Positions 32,819-40,273 of a DNA stretch of 45,102 nucleotides are shown piece after piece. Each line of letters opens with the position of its first letter. Within the stretch, counting starts at the first letter, position 1. The position numbers and the translations under genes are program-made. Origin of the DNA: Candidatus Nomurabacteria bacterium (lineage in GTDB: Bacteria; Patescibacteriota; Minisyncoccia; Phycocordibacterales; UBA10002); contig CALQZP010000002.1 in assembly GCA_943349725.1 (NCBI GenBank), forward strand, positions 1-45,102. The letters run 5' to 3'. The notes below the pieces were generated by a model. It was not told the DNA's origin. It did not search any database and worked only from the letters and a program-made list of their open reading frames with translations.

Positions 32819-33226
32819 CTAAAAATGCAACGTGTTTGGTTCCTCCTTTGTAAAAGGAGGTGCCGAGGTCTTCCGAGGCGGAGGATTTAAGACATCTTCA
32901 ATAGTTCGTAGTACGCCTTCCATGTTATGACGTACATCACTATCTAGAAATCGGAGAAATCGAATGCCTTCACACTCTATCGCCTTTTGTCTTTGAATAT
33001 CCTTATCAATCTTTCCATTATGCGTTGCACCATCAATTTCAAGGGCAAGCCTTAGCTTTTCACAGTAGAAGTCAACTACATAGGTCAATATAGGCCGTTG
33101 TCGAAGGAATTGAACCCCTAATTTCCTCGCCTTCAATTCCTTCCACAAAAGCGCTTCGGCAAGATTGCCTGACGAGCGTAGAATTCGTCCGACTTTTTTC
33201 AAATCTGAACGATAGTGAAGCTTCAT
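32819..33226 (-). CDS. DUF559 (Vsr/restriction-endonuclease-like) domain protein
   Basis: AEALLWKELKARKLGVQFLRQRPILTYVVDFYCEKLRLALEIDGATH...EGIRFLRF is the typical DUF559 pattern. The last ~22 aa (NPPPRKTSAPPFTKEEPNTLHF) are encoded by the left element. GGAGG lies 4 nt before the ATG, inside the right element. Confidence 0.8.
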   Translation of the reverse strand: MKLHYRSDLKKVGRILRSSGNLAEALLWKELKARKLGVQFLRQRPILTYVVDFYCEKLRLALEIDGATHNGKIDKDIQRQKAIECEGIRFLRFLDSDVRHNMEGVLRTIEDVLNPPPRKTSAPPFTKEEPNTLHF

Positions 33227-33282
33227 AAATCCTCCGTCCTGATAAGAATCAGGACACCTCCTTTTGCAAAGGAGGAACTAAG
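32838..33282 (-). mobile_element. Candidate composite unit: DUF559 nuclease gene bracketed by inverted ~55-bp family A elements
   Basis: Left copy 32838-32891 (forward), right copy 33227-33282 (reverse). The outer 25 nt match at 23/25 (GTTCCTCCTTTGyAAAAGGAGGTG), and both inner ends read CGGAGGATTTA. Confidence 0.45.
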
Positions 33283-34246
33283 AAACCCGATTGGGTGGTA
33301 CCTTCCCCTCAAAAAAGGCGATGAGGTTTTCGGCGACAAGCTTTGCCATACCGTCACGGGCAGACCTCGTGGCAGAAGCAGTGTGCGGTGTAATGACTAC
33401 ATTCGGGAGCTTCGCTAGACCCTTTGCGAGTTTTGGTTCGTGTTCAAACACATCAAGGCCGGCACCACAGATGACATTTTTCTGGAGCGCTTCTACAAGC
33501 GCTTTTTCGTCTATGACAGGACCACGAGAAGTATTTAAGAGGTACGCACTCTTTTTCATGAGTGCGAGGCGCTCCGCATTCATGAGGTGCGTGGTAGTTG
33601 GAAGAAGTGGTACGTGAATAGAGATGATATCGGCTTCCTTCAAAACCTCTTCGGGTGTTGCGCGGAAGGTTCCTCCGGTCGCTTTTTCAAACTCCTCACT
33701 CTTTTTAATGTCATAGTAAATGACGGACATCCCAAGCCCTTTTCCCGCAATTTCAGCAACCCGTCCACCAATTCGTCCCGCGCCTAGGATGCCAAGCACT
33801 TTCCCTTGCAGTTCCTCGCCAAGAAAAAGCTCTGGACCCCATCCTTTGTATTTTCCCTTACGAAGATAGGTATCACTTTCCACCACACGCTTCACCACCG
33901 CAAACATAAGTGCAATAGTGTGTTCCGCGACTGCTTCCGTTAGCGCACCAGGGGTGTTCGTGATGGTTACTCCTCTCTTTTTCGCCTCATCCAGATACAC
34001 ATTGTTAAATCCAACAGCATAGTTCGCGAAAATCTTCGCGGTCGGTACCGCGTCAAATACTTCTCCATCAATCGTGTCGGTAAGGAGCGAGAGTACGCCA
34101 TCGTACGGTTTCTTCTTGAGAACCTTAATAAGTTCCCGCTTCGTAAGCGGTCGGTCTTTGGTGGAAATGTCCAGTTCAAACCCCTTACTCTTCAGCATTG
34201 AAAGTCCAACGTCGGGAATCTTTCGGGTTACATATATCGTAGTCAT
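33278..34246 (-). CDS. D-isomer-specific 2-hydroxyacid dehydrogenase (glyoxylate/hydroxypyruvate reductase-like)
   Basis: NAD fold GILGAGRIGGRVA, NTSRGPVIDEKAL, and GAGLDVFEHEP...TPH. Confidence 0.88.
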   Translation of the reverse strand: MTTIYVTRKIPDVGLSMLKSKGFELDISTKDRPLTKRELIKVLKKKPYDGVLSLLTDTIDGEVFDAVPTAKIFANYAVGFNNVYLDEAKKRGVTITNTPGALTEAVAEHTIALMFAVVKRVVESDTYLRKGKYKGWGPELFLGEELQGKVLGILGAGRIGGRVAEIAGKGLGMSVIYYDIKKSEEFEKATGGTFRATPEEVLKEADIISIHVPLLPTTTHLMNAERLALMKKSAYLLNTSRGPVIDEKALVEALQKNVICGAGLDVFEHEPKLAKGLAKLPNVVITPHTASATRSARDGMAKLVAENLIAFFEGKVPPNRVS

Positions 34247-34371
34247 AGAATAGAAAATAATGAATTAAGAGTTAGGCAAAGAAAGCATGCACATTTTCGG
34301 TGCCTAATTTCAGTATTCATACTTGATACTTCAACGTACGGAATATGATACCATACCCGTACGGTTAGCTG

Positions 34372-34377
34372 TATAAT
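34372..34377 (+). promoter_or_regulatory. -10 box for the PfkB kinase gene (TATAAT-N6-ATG)
   Basis: Consensus TATAAT lies 6 nt upstream of ATG 34384. Confidence 0.5.
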
Positions 34378-34383
34378 ACAATC

Positions 34384-35493
34384 ATGCACAAACAACTAGA
34401 CTTCCTCGCCATCGGCGACATCACGACCGACGCGTTTATAAAACTCAAAGAAGCCAGTGTTTCCTGCGATATTGATAAGGAGAACTGCACCATCTCAATG
34501 CGCTTTGCCGACAAAGTCCCCTACGAATCGGTAGAGGTTGTCCGCGCGGTCGGCAATTCGCCGAACGCTTCGGTGTCAGCCTCTCGCCTCGGACTCGCTT
34601 CCGGACTTGTCACCGACATTGGTGATGACGAAAATGGACGCGACTGCACGGACACGCTGAAACAGGAAAAAGTAGACACCAGCCTAGTCACCATCCACAA
34701 AGGAGAGAAAACAAACTACCACTACGTCTTGATGTATGAGGCAGAGCGTACGATTTTGGTAAAGCACGAGGAGTATAGCTACAAACTTCCCGCGATTGAA
34801 CCTGCGCCAAAATGGATATATCTTTCGTCACTCGGGGGAAACTCGGAACAGTATCACTCTGAACTCGCGGACTACCTTGAGAGCAATCCTGGAGTACAAC
34901 TCGCTTTTCAGCCCGGAACTTTTCAGATGAAATTAGGAAGAGAGAAGCTAAAAAGACTTTACCAGCGTTCCGCTCTCTTCTTCTGCAATAAGGAGGAGGC
35001 GGGGCGCATTCTCTCTTTCCCCATTCCTCCTTTACTAAAGGAGGTGTCCGAGTCTTCGAGGACGGAGGATTTAAATCCCTCCCCCTCACGGGGGTCTACG
35101 ACCATTTCAGTACTCCCTTTGGAAAAGGGAGAATTGCACATCAAAAAGTTACTTTCTGGTATCGGCGCACTTGGACCAAAAACTGTGGTGATTACCGACG
35201 GACCAAAAGGTGCGTACGCATACGATAGCGCCACAGACGAATACTTATTTATGCCGATTTACCCGGACCCGAAACCTCCCGTTTCCCGCACAGGTGCCGG
35301 TGATGCCTTCGCCTCAACTTTTACCTCCGCCATTATTCTCGGCAAATCGGTCAAAGAGGCACTCACGTGGGCGCCTATCAACTCCGCCTATGTAGTGCAA
35401 CAAATCGGCGCACAAAAAGGACTCCTTACTCGCGCGGAGCTTGAAAACTATCTTGCCTCTGCACCTGAAAACTACACGCCTGCACACCTCTAA
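34384..35493 (+). CDS. PfkB-family carbohydrate kinase with a ~37-aa repeat-encoded insertion
   Basis: Ribokinase-like start DFLAIGDITTDAF and C-terminal motif TGAGDAFASTF. The insertion is at 35024-35135. Confidence 0.85.
   Translation: MHKQLDFLAIGDITTDAFIKLKEASVSCDIDKENCTISMRFADKVPYESVEVVRAVGNSPNASVSASRLGLASGLVTDIGDDENGRDCTDTLKQEKVDTSLVTIHKGEKTNYHYVLMYEAERTILVKHEEYSYKLPAIEPAPKWIYLSSLGGNSEQYHSELADYLESNPGVQLAFQPGTFQMKLGREKLKRLYQRSALFFCNKEEAGRILSFPIPPLLKEVSESSRTEDLNPSPSRGSTTISVLPLEKGELHIKKLLSGIGALGPKTVVITDGPKGAYAYDSATDEYLFMPIYPDPKPPVSRTGAGDAFASTFTSAIILGKSVKEALTWAPINSAYVVQQIGAQKGLLTRAELENYLASAPENYTPAHL
35024..35135. repeat. Composite family A hairpin array in-frame in the PfkB kinase
   Basis: TTCCTCCTTTACTAAAGGAGGTGTCCGAGTCTTCGAGGACGGAGGATTTAAAT is nearly identical to 32840-32889. 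It is followed by CCCTCCCCCTCACGGGGG and GTACTCCCTTTGGAAAAGGGAGAATT. Confidence 0.9.
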
Positions 35494-35541
35494 CCTGAAC
35501 CCAGAAACCAACCGTTCAACCAAGAAACAGTGGCCTGCTGT

Positions 35542-35569
35542 TTCTACTATACTACAGAGTATAGTAGAA
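35542..35569. promoter_or_regulatory. 28-bp perfect palindrome upstream of the TrpR/YerC-like gene
   Basis: TTCTACTATACT-acag-AGTATAGTAGAA. It contains TATAGT (35560-35565) and ends 14 nt before ATG 35584. Confidence 0.6.
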
Positions 35570-35583
35570 TTAAAAAATCAACT

Positions 35584-36054
35584 ATGCCAAGAAAAGAACT
35601 ATCAAAAATCAACCCTAAGGAGCGGCAACGAATCCTCGATGAATTTTGGACGATGATAGCGCTTCTAGATACAAAGGATCAGGTGAAAAACTTTTTTAAG
35701 GATTTACTTTCGGCGAGTGAGTCGGTTATGCTGGCGCGTCGTATTCAAATTGCCAAGCTTCTCCTGTCCGGAGTCGGCTACGATGCTATAGAAAAGCGAC
35801 TGGGAACCGGACCGACCACTATCGCTTCGGTACATCGCTGGCTCCAGGGAGGCTTTGGTGGCTATGCGAGTGCGATACCGAAGCTTACGCAGGAAATCGA
35901 GAGGCGAGAGAAAGTCGCAGAGCGGCGCGAGGAAGAAAGCGTCCCTTTAAGTTCAAGATGGATGCGAAAAAAGTACCCGCTTCATTACCTTCTCGTAAAC
36001 ATGATGAACGACGATGACGAAGATTTGAGCCCTCCCCGCAAGATTTCAGGCTAG
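35584..36054 (+). CDS. TrpR-like YerC/YecD family DNA-binding protein
   Basis: FFKDLLSASESVMLARRIQIAKLLLSGVGYDAIEKRLGTGPTTIASVHRWLQGGFGGY matches the YerC/YecD pattern. Start is placed at ATG 35584. Confidence 0.75.
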   Translation: MPRKELSKINPKERQRILDEFWTMIALLDTKDQVKNFFKDLLSASESVMLARRIQIAKLLLSGVGYDAIEKRLGTGPTTIASVHRWLQGGFGGYASAIPKLTQEIERREKVAERREEESVPLSSRWMRKKYPLHYLLVNMMNDDDEDLSPPRKISG

Positions 36055-36092
36055 GCTAAACTGATCTGACCTCCGACCTAACCTGTTTTATT

Positions 36093-36120
36093 TTCTACTA
36101 TACTACAGAGTATAGTAGAA
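36093..36120. promoter_or_regulatory. Second identical copy of the 28-bp palindrome, downstream of the TrpR-like gene
   Basis: The 28 bp are identical to 35542-35569, starting 38 nt past the stop codon. Confidence 0.6.
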
Positions 36121-36310
36121 AATGTTTGAGGCAAATTAACGTAACCACTTATTCCGTTTAATTACTTATCCCCAATGTACCCAGAAAAGGTTCTGCGTGT
36201 TTCCTTCCCCCGCGCCTTGCATTTACTATTCTTTTCCTTGTTGCGGAAGAGGGGGCTCTGTAACGCTTTCAACATAGTACTAGGTAGTATAGCAGATCTA
36301 TTCGGAGATA

Positions 36311-36897
36311 TTATAAACCTTCCTTAATGAGAACGCTGTAGTCAAACTCGGTATTCCAGTTGCGCCCTGACGGGCATCCTCCGGGCGTGCTAGCAGAACA
36401 AAGCGACGGCGTACCACACATCGCGTTTTGTTTATTATCAAAACCTGCTGTCTCCACTTCGTGAATGGCGATGACGGCAAAGGGACCTTTAATATCGGGA
36501 CAGTTCGCATAGCGCTGGTCATAGCGATAGTAGGCATAATAATAATTTCCACCTGGGATAAACAGATTGAAACCGGTGTTAGTGGTATTTACCGGATCAA
36601 CAGACACTTTACTCATATAGGGCTTAATCGCCACGATAAAATTAGCAGGATTAACGTCACTTGTCTCCCAACCACCGTGCGGCCCGGGAACAGGAGGGGG
36701 AAACTGCCCGTCGTGGTCGGCGGCATAGAGATGAAGTGCCTTTATAATCTCATTCATATCGGAAACGCGCCGAGCATCCCTCCCTTTTTGTCGTGCGCTA
36801 TTCAAACTTGCAAAGACAATAGACGACAGCATGCCGATGATGGCGATGACAACGAGGAGTTCTATGAGGGTGAACGCTTTTTTGAGTTCAAGTGCAT
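36311..36897 (-). pseudogene. Type IV pilin-like gene with a frameshift in an A6 tract at the signal peptide
   Basis: The conserved AFTLIELLVVIAIIGMLSS frame has no start codon after an in-frame TAG at 36911-36913. ATG 36897 is in the +1 frame. One extra A in the A6 run (36878-36883) would give MHLNSKKAFTLIELL. TATAAT (36905-36910) lies 7 nt upstream of the ATG. Confidence 0.6.
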
Positions 36898-36910
36898 AAC
36901 CCTGATTATA

Positions 36911-37948
36911 CTACCTACCAAGCAATTTCTTTGTAGCTTGTTTGATGTGCTCAACCGTCATTCCGTAGTGAGCCAGGATTTCCTCCGGCTTGCCGGATTG
37001 CCCGAACACATCATTTACTCCGACAAACTCCATTGGAGTCGGATGTTTTTGCACTAGAAGCTCGGCCACCGCAGAGCCCATTCCTCCCATCACCTGATGT
37101 TCTTCAACGGTAACAATGCGCCCGCACTCTTTTGCAAGCTCTACGATTGCGTCTACATCAAGCGGTTTAATAGTAGCGAGATTGAGCACCGTGACAGCAA
37201 TTCCCTCTTCCTCAAGCTCTTTCGCCGCCAGGAGCGCCTTGTGCAAAAGTCCTCCTGTGCCTATTATTCCTACTTTATTCTTAATTCCTACCTGCCCGAC
37301 TGCCCCATTCAGGCGGGATTCATTATTCTGTGTTCGATAGAACACTTGCGCTTTCCCTATCTCAAACGGCGTGTCGTCCGTCGTGATAACGGGAGTCTTT
37401 TCACGCGCGAGACGAATGTAGGTCGGTGTTTTTGTTTTAGCGCAGGCGAGCGTTGCCTTCTTCGCTTCAATAGCGTCACACGGCGAAAGTACACACATAT
37501 TGGGAAGTACGCGCATAATTGCGAGGTCTTCAATGGCTTGGTGTGTTCCGCCGTCAGGACCCACGGAAACTCCCGCGTGCGAGCCAACAATCTTCACGGG
37601 GCGGTCGTTGTAGCAAATGGTGGTACGAATCTGCTCCCAGTTTCGTCCCGGGCTAAACATAGCGTACGAGCTACAGAACGGAATCTTGCCCATCGCGGCC
37701 ATACCGGAAGCGACGGTCACCAGGTTCTGCTCGGCAACACCCATTTCCACAAATCGGTTCGAGAACTTCTTCGCGAAAAGGTGCATCTGCGTAGACTCGG
37801 TAAGGTCGGCGCACAGTCCCACCACATTTTCATCCGCTTCTCCCGCAGCCAAAAGCCCCTCGCCGAACCCCTTACGAATCGGCACCTGTTCTACGTCCTT
37901 GTCCCAAATTTTGGGGTTGAGTTTTACGGCAGTGTTGAGCATCTTCAT
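36911..37948 (-). CDS. tkt: Transketolase, C-terminal half (pyrimidine-binding plus C-terminal domains)
   Basis: FVEMGVAEQNLVTVASGMA, GVSVGPDGGTHQAIEDLAIMRVLPN and IKPLD. Confidence 0.92.
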   Translation of the reverse strand: MKMLNTAVKLNPKIWDKDVEQVPIRKGFGEGLLAAGEADENVVGLCADLTESTQMHLFAKKFSNRFVEMGVAEQNLVTVASGMAAMGKIPFCSSYAMFSPGRNWEQIRTTICYNDRPVKIVGSHAGVSVGPDGGTHQAIEDLAIMRVLPNMCVLSPCDAIEAKKATLACAKTKTPTYIRLAREKTPVITTDDTPFEIGKAQVFYRTQNNESRLNGAVGQVGIKNKVGIIGTGGLLHKALLAAKELEEEGIAVTVLNLATIKPLDVDAIVELAKECGRIVTVEEHQVMGGMGSAVAELLVQKHPTPMEFVGVNDVFGQSGKPEEILAHYGMTVEHIKQATKKLLGR

Positions 37949-37951
37949 TAA

Positions 37952-38227
37952 TTAAATGAACATCTGTATAAAAGAAAAGAAAAGTAAAGTCCCAAAAATG
38001 ATATGTATTATTGCATACTGTCCACTTTGCAGTTCCTTTAACCCGAAAGATCGAAATGCAAATAAGATTTCAGCGATTAAAAAAATTGGAACCAAAAATA
38101 CGAATGCATACGCGACATATCCCCATAATTCACCGGCAAACAGGGGAAGCACGAGCAGAAAAGGGATACCGAACGCCAGGATAACTGCACACATGAGAGA
38201 AAGATTTGCTTTTGTGATGTTTTTCAT
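37952..38227 (-). CDS. Small membrane protein (3 predicted TM helices)
   Basis: Hydrophobic 91-aa ORF. Its stop lies 3 nt upstream of the tktC ATG. Confidence 0.5.
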   Translation of the reverse strand: MKNITKANLSLMCAVILAFGIPFLLVLPLFAGELWGYVAYAFVFLVPIFLIAEILFAFRSFGLKELQSGQYAIIHIIFGTLLFFSFIQMFI

Positions 38228-38262
38228 ACTCTTATATCAGTTGCCTACCCCCCCCATATTCC

Positions 38263-38529
38263 CTACTTAACCATCAATTTCAATCCCAGCCCCCCCGTCA
38301 CCTTTTTCAAAAAAGAAAGCGTGGGGTTTGTACGGCCAGATTCAAACCGCGCCAGCGCGGACTGCGCCAAACCGATTCTTTTTGCAAATTCCCGCTGCGT
38401 AAGTTTTTTGTTTATACGAGCTCGTATCAAAGCTTCGTATAGTTGAAATTCAAACTCAAGCTGCTCGTAAGCTTGCTTGCGTCTTGGGTCTTTTATGAGT
38501 TCATCATGTAATTGTTTACCGGTTTTCAT
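38263..38529 (-). CDS. higA: XRE-family HTH antitoxin (HigA-like)
   Basis: LTQREFAKRIGLAQSALARFESGRTNPTLSFLKKV is an HTH_XRE pattern. The gene lies directly downstream of a RelE/HigB-type toxin gene. Confidence 0.75.
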   Translation of the reverse strand: MKTGKQLHDELIKDPRRKQAYEQLEFEFQLYEALIRARINKKLTQREFAKRIGLAQSALARFESGRTNPTLSFLKKVTGGLGLKLMVK

Positions 38530-38558
38530 AACGTATCTATGATAACATATGTGTTATC

Positions 38559-38876
38559 TTATGCAAGTTCCACTACTTCCTTTTGGATTTTTCGAGCATA
38601 TGCCATATCCCGCAGAGAGATTTTTCCGGTTTTTTTGATAAAACCATGGATAACATACGCTTTATTATTCTTAAAAAGATAGAGAATTCTGACTTGCTTC
38701 TTCCCGTGTATCCGTAGTTCAAATAATCCTCTTCCTAAACTCTTTGAATCCGGCATATCAATAAGGTGTCCGACTCTTTCCAACACTTCCCTCGTCCTAT
38801 CTACTCGCATAGATGTTTCTGGATCTAGGTTTTTTATAAACTTTTCTATTTTTTCATTCCAATAAATTACTTCCAT
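38559..38876 (-). CDS. higB: RelE/ParE-superfamily toxin (HigB / Gp49-like)
   Basis: LGRGLFELRIHGKKQVRILYLFKNNKAYVIHGFIKKTGK is the typical Gp49/HigB pattern, and the toxin-first order is the HigBA arrangement. Confidence 0.75.
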   Translation of the reverse strand: MEVIYWNEKIEKFIKNLDPETSMRVDRTREVLERVGHLIDMPDSKSLGRGLFELRIHGKKQVRILYLFKNNKAYVIHGFIKKTGKISLRDMAYARKIQKEVVELA

Positions 38877-38880
38877 ACGG

Positions 38881-39000
38881 CTATTTTATTTTCTCAACGA
38901 ATCCTTTGCGAATCGGCACCTGTTCGACATCTTTGCCTACGGTGAACTTGTCGAATCCGTCCCAAATTTTGGGGTTGAGTTTTACGGCATTGTTTAGCAT
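38881..39000 (-). pseudogene. Remnant copy of the tktC 5' end (39-aa ORF)
   Basis: Encodes MLNNAVKLNPKIWDGFDKFTVGKDVEQVPIRKGF..., versus the real MKMLNTAVKLNPKIWDKDVEQVPIRKGF. It shares an identical 27-nt block GTAAAACTCAACCCCAAAATTTGGGAC. Its stop lies 4 nt before the higB ATG. Confidence 0.75.
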
Positions 39001-39028
39001 TTGACAAAAAAAAATGAGGCGTTATACT
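39001..39028 (+). promoter_or_regulatory. Near-consensus sigma70-type promoter pointing antisense into the MazF-like gene
   Basis: TTGACA-N16-TATACT on the plus strand. A GC hairpin CCCCCC-gcaa-GGGGGG lies about 25 nt downstream. Confidence 0.45.
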
Positions 39029-39075
39029 AGCACTACTTTTGGGATTTTCCCACGGCCCCCCGCAAGGGGGGAAAA

Positions 39076-39495
39076 TTATTTCTCCTTTCGGTGAGTGTAC
39101 AGATTTTCAAAACCAGCGCAGACTTTCTTCCAATCTTCGTCATCAATCTGTATAAGTTTACTTGATAATCGCCGATAATCAAAGTTCCGCGATTGATGGA
39201 GCAGAACCACGCTTGTTTTCGAGAAAAGCTTTATCGGAACGTACCAACTTCCTTTTTTGCTTTGTGAAGTCATCGGTATACCTAAAAATGAATAGGTACC
39301 TAGCTTTTTGTAGATTAAAACTGGTCTTGAGAATAACCTACTCTTTCCGTTAATTTCCGTGCCAATATTTTCTCCCAGACTACACCACCAGACTTCACCC
39401 TCCTTAAACAAAGGTGGGTTTGCCGTACTCTCATGCAGTTTCTCTTTCAACCCTATCCACTCCAAAAATCTTTTTACTGTTTTTACGACAATCAT
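39076..39495 (-). CDS. PemK/MazF-family toxin-like protein, no adjacent antitoxin gene
   Basis: FKEGEVWWCSLGENIGTEINGKSRLFSRPVLIY resembles the MazF/PemK N-terminal pattern. Start is placed at ATG 39495. Confidence 0.6.
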   Translation of the reverse strand: MIVVKTVKRFLEWIGLKEKLHESTANPPLFKEGEVWWCSLGENIGTEINGKSRLFSRPVLIYKKLGTYSFLGIPMTSQSKKGSWYVPIKLFSKTSVVLLHQSRNFDYRRLSSKLIQIDDEDWKKVCAGFENLYTHRKEK

Positions 39496-39500
39496 AGGGT

Positions 39501-39629
39501 TTAGGAAAATATCAAACGCTCTTCCCAAAATCCTTTCCGAATCGGCACCTGTTCGACATCTTTGCCTACGGTGAACTTGTCGAATCCGTCCCAAATTTTG
39601 GGGTTGAGTTTTACAGCGTGGTTTATCAT
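39501..39629 (-). pseudogene. Second remnant copy of the tktC 5' end (42-aa ORF)
   Basis: Encodes MINHAVKLNPKIWDGFDKFTVGKDVEQVPIRKGFWEERLIFS. It is nearly identical to the 38881-39000 copy, including the extra GFDKFTVG segment. Its stop lies 5 nt before the MazF-like ATG. Confidence 0.75.
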
Positions 39630-39632
39630 ATT

Positions 39633-39977
39633 TTATTTAGCAATAAGAAAAACCATAAAAAATACAAAAAGAAGCATAAGCAAGCAAAAAATACCTATAA
39701 GTCCTGGAAGGAGATTGAGGACCTTCGAGAAACCAGTGACATTATCAGCTCTATTCTTGGAAAAAGAAATCACAGAAACCCTGATCATTAAAAATATGAA
39801 GACAAGAAATGTTCCTAACAAATACAGGAGTGATATGGACTGGCCTCTTGTCTCTGTTTCGGGACTCATCGCTATACTTCCGATAATGGCAGGAAGAAAA
39901 AAGAGAATTATGGCTAAGATGTAGGCTCTTTTTGGTTTTGAAGATTGGTTTATCATTAAAAGTTTGCGTAATACCAA
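39633..39977 (-). CDS. Small membrane protein
   Basis: Hydrophobic ORF with 3 predicted TM helices. Its stop lies 3 nt upstream of the remnant tktC start, which mirrors the geometry of 37952-38227 relative to the real tktC. Confidence 0.5.
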   Translation of the reverse strand: MVLRKLLMINQSSKPKRAYILAIILFFLPAIIGSIAMSPETETRGQSISLLYLLGTFLVFIFLMIRVSVISFSKNRADNVTGFSKVLNLLPGLIGIFCLLMLLFVFFMVFLIAK

Positions 39978-40273
39978 TAAGAATAAAAAAGGCCGTAAAC
40001 ACTAAAAGCAAATGTGCCGACTGCTATGGGAATTAATATCGCTCCAGTGACGATATAGACTAACCGTGATTTGCCCTCCCGTAATTTCCTTCGTATTACC
40101 AGAAAAGATTGTATAGCAATCAAAAGAGATAGTCCGGAAATGAAAATATCTGTTGCACGACCGAATGAATAAGCAAACAACTCTCCTCTTTCGCCATGGT
40201 TAAAGAAGAAGATAATCAGGACGAACCAGAGAATTATATAGCTCACCCACCACGTTTTCTTGAAGAAAGTCAT
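39956..40273 (-). CDS. Small membrane protein
   Basis: Hydrophobic 105-aa ORF. Its ATG overlaps the TGA of the tktN remnant (ATGA). Confidence 0.5.
   Translation of the reverse strand: MTFFKKTWWVSYIILWFVLIIFFFNHGERGELFAYSFGRATDIFISGLSLLIAIQSFLVIRRKLREGKSRLVYIVTGAILIPIAVGTFAFSVYGLFYSYWYYANF

Noticed and set aside
37270-37330. A possible degenerate hairpin-element insertion in tktC (encoding TQNNESRLNGAVGQVGIKNK).
   Set aside because: CCTGCCCGACTGCCCCATTCAGGCGGG forms only a weak imperfect stem and does not match any of the defined families well enough. It could simply be a lineage-specific loop.
37097-37951. A 284-aa plus-strand ORF antisense to the transketolase C-terminal half.
   Set aside because: The opposite strand encodes a clearly conserved transketolase domain. 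This ORF is R/S/C-rich with no motifs, so it is a shadow ORF.
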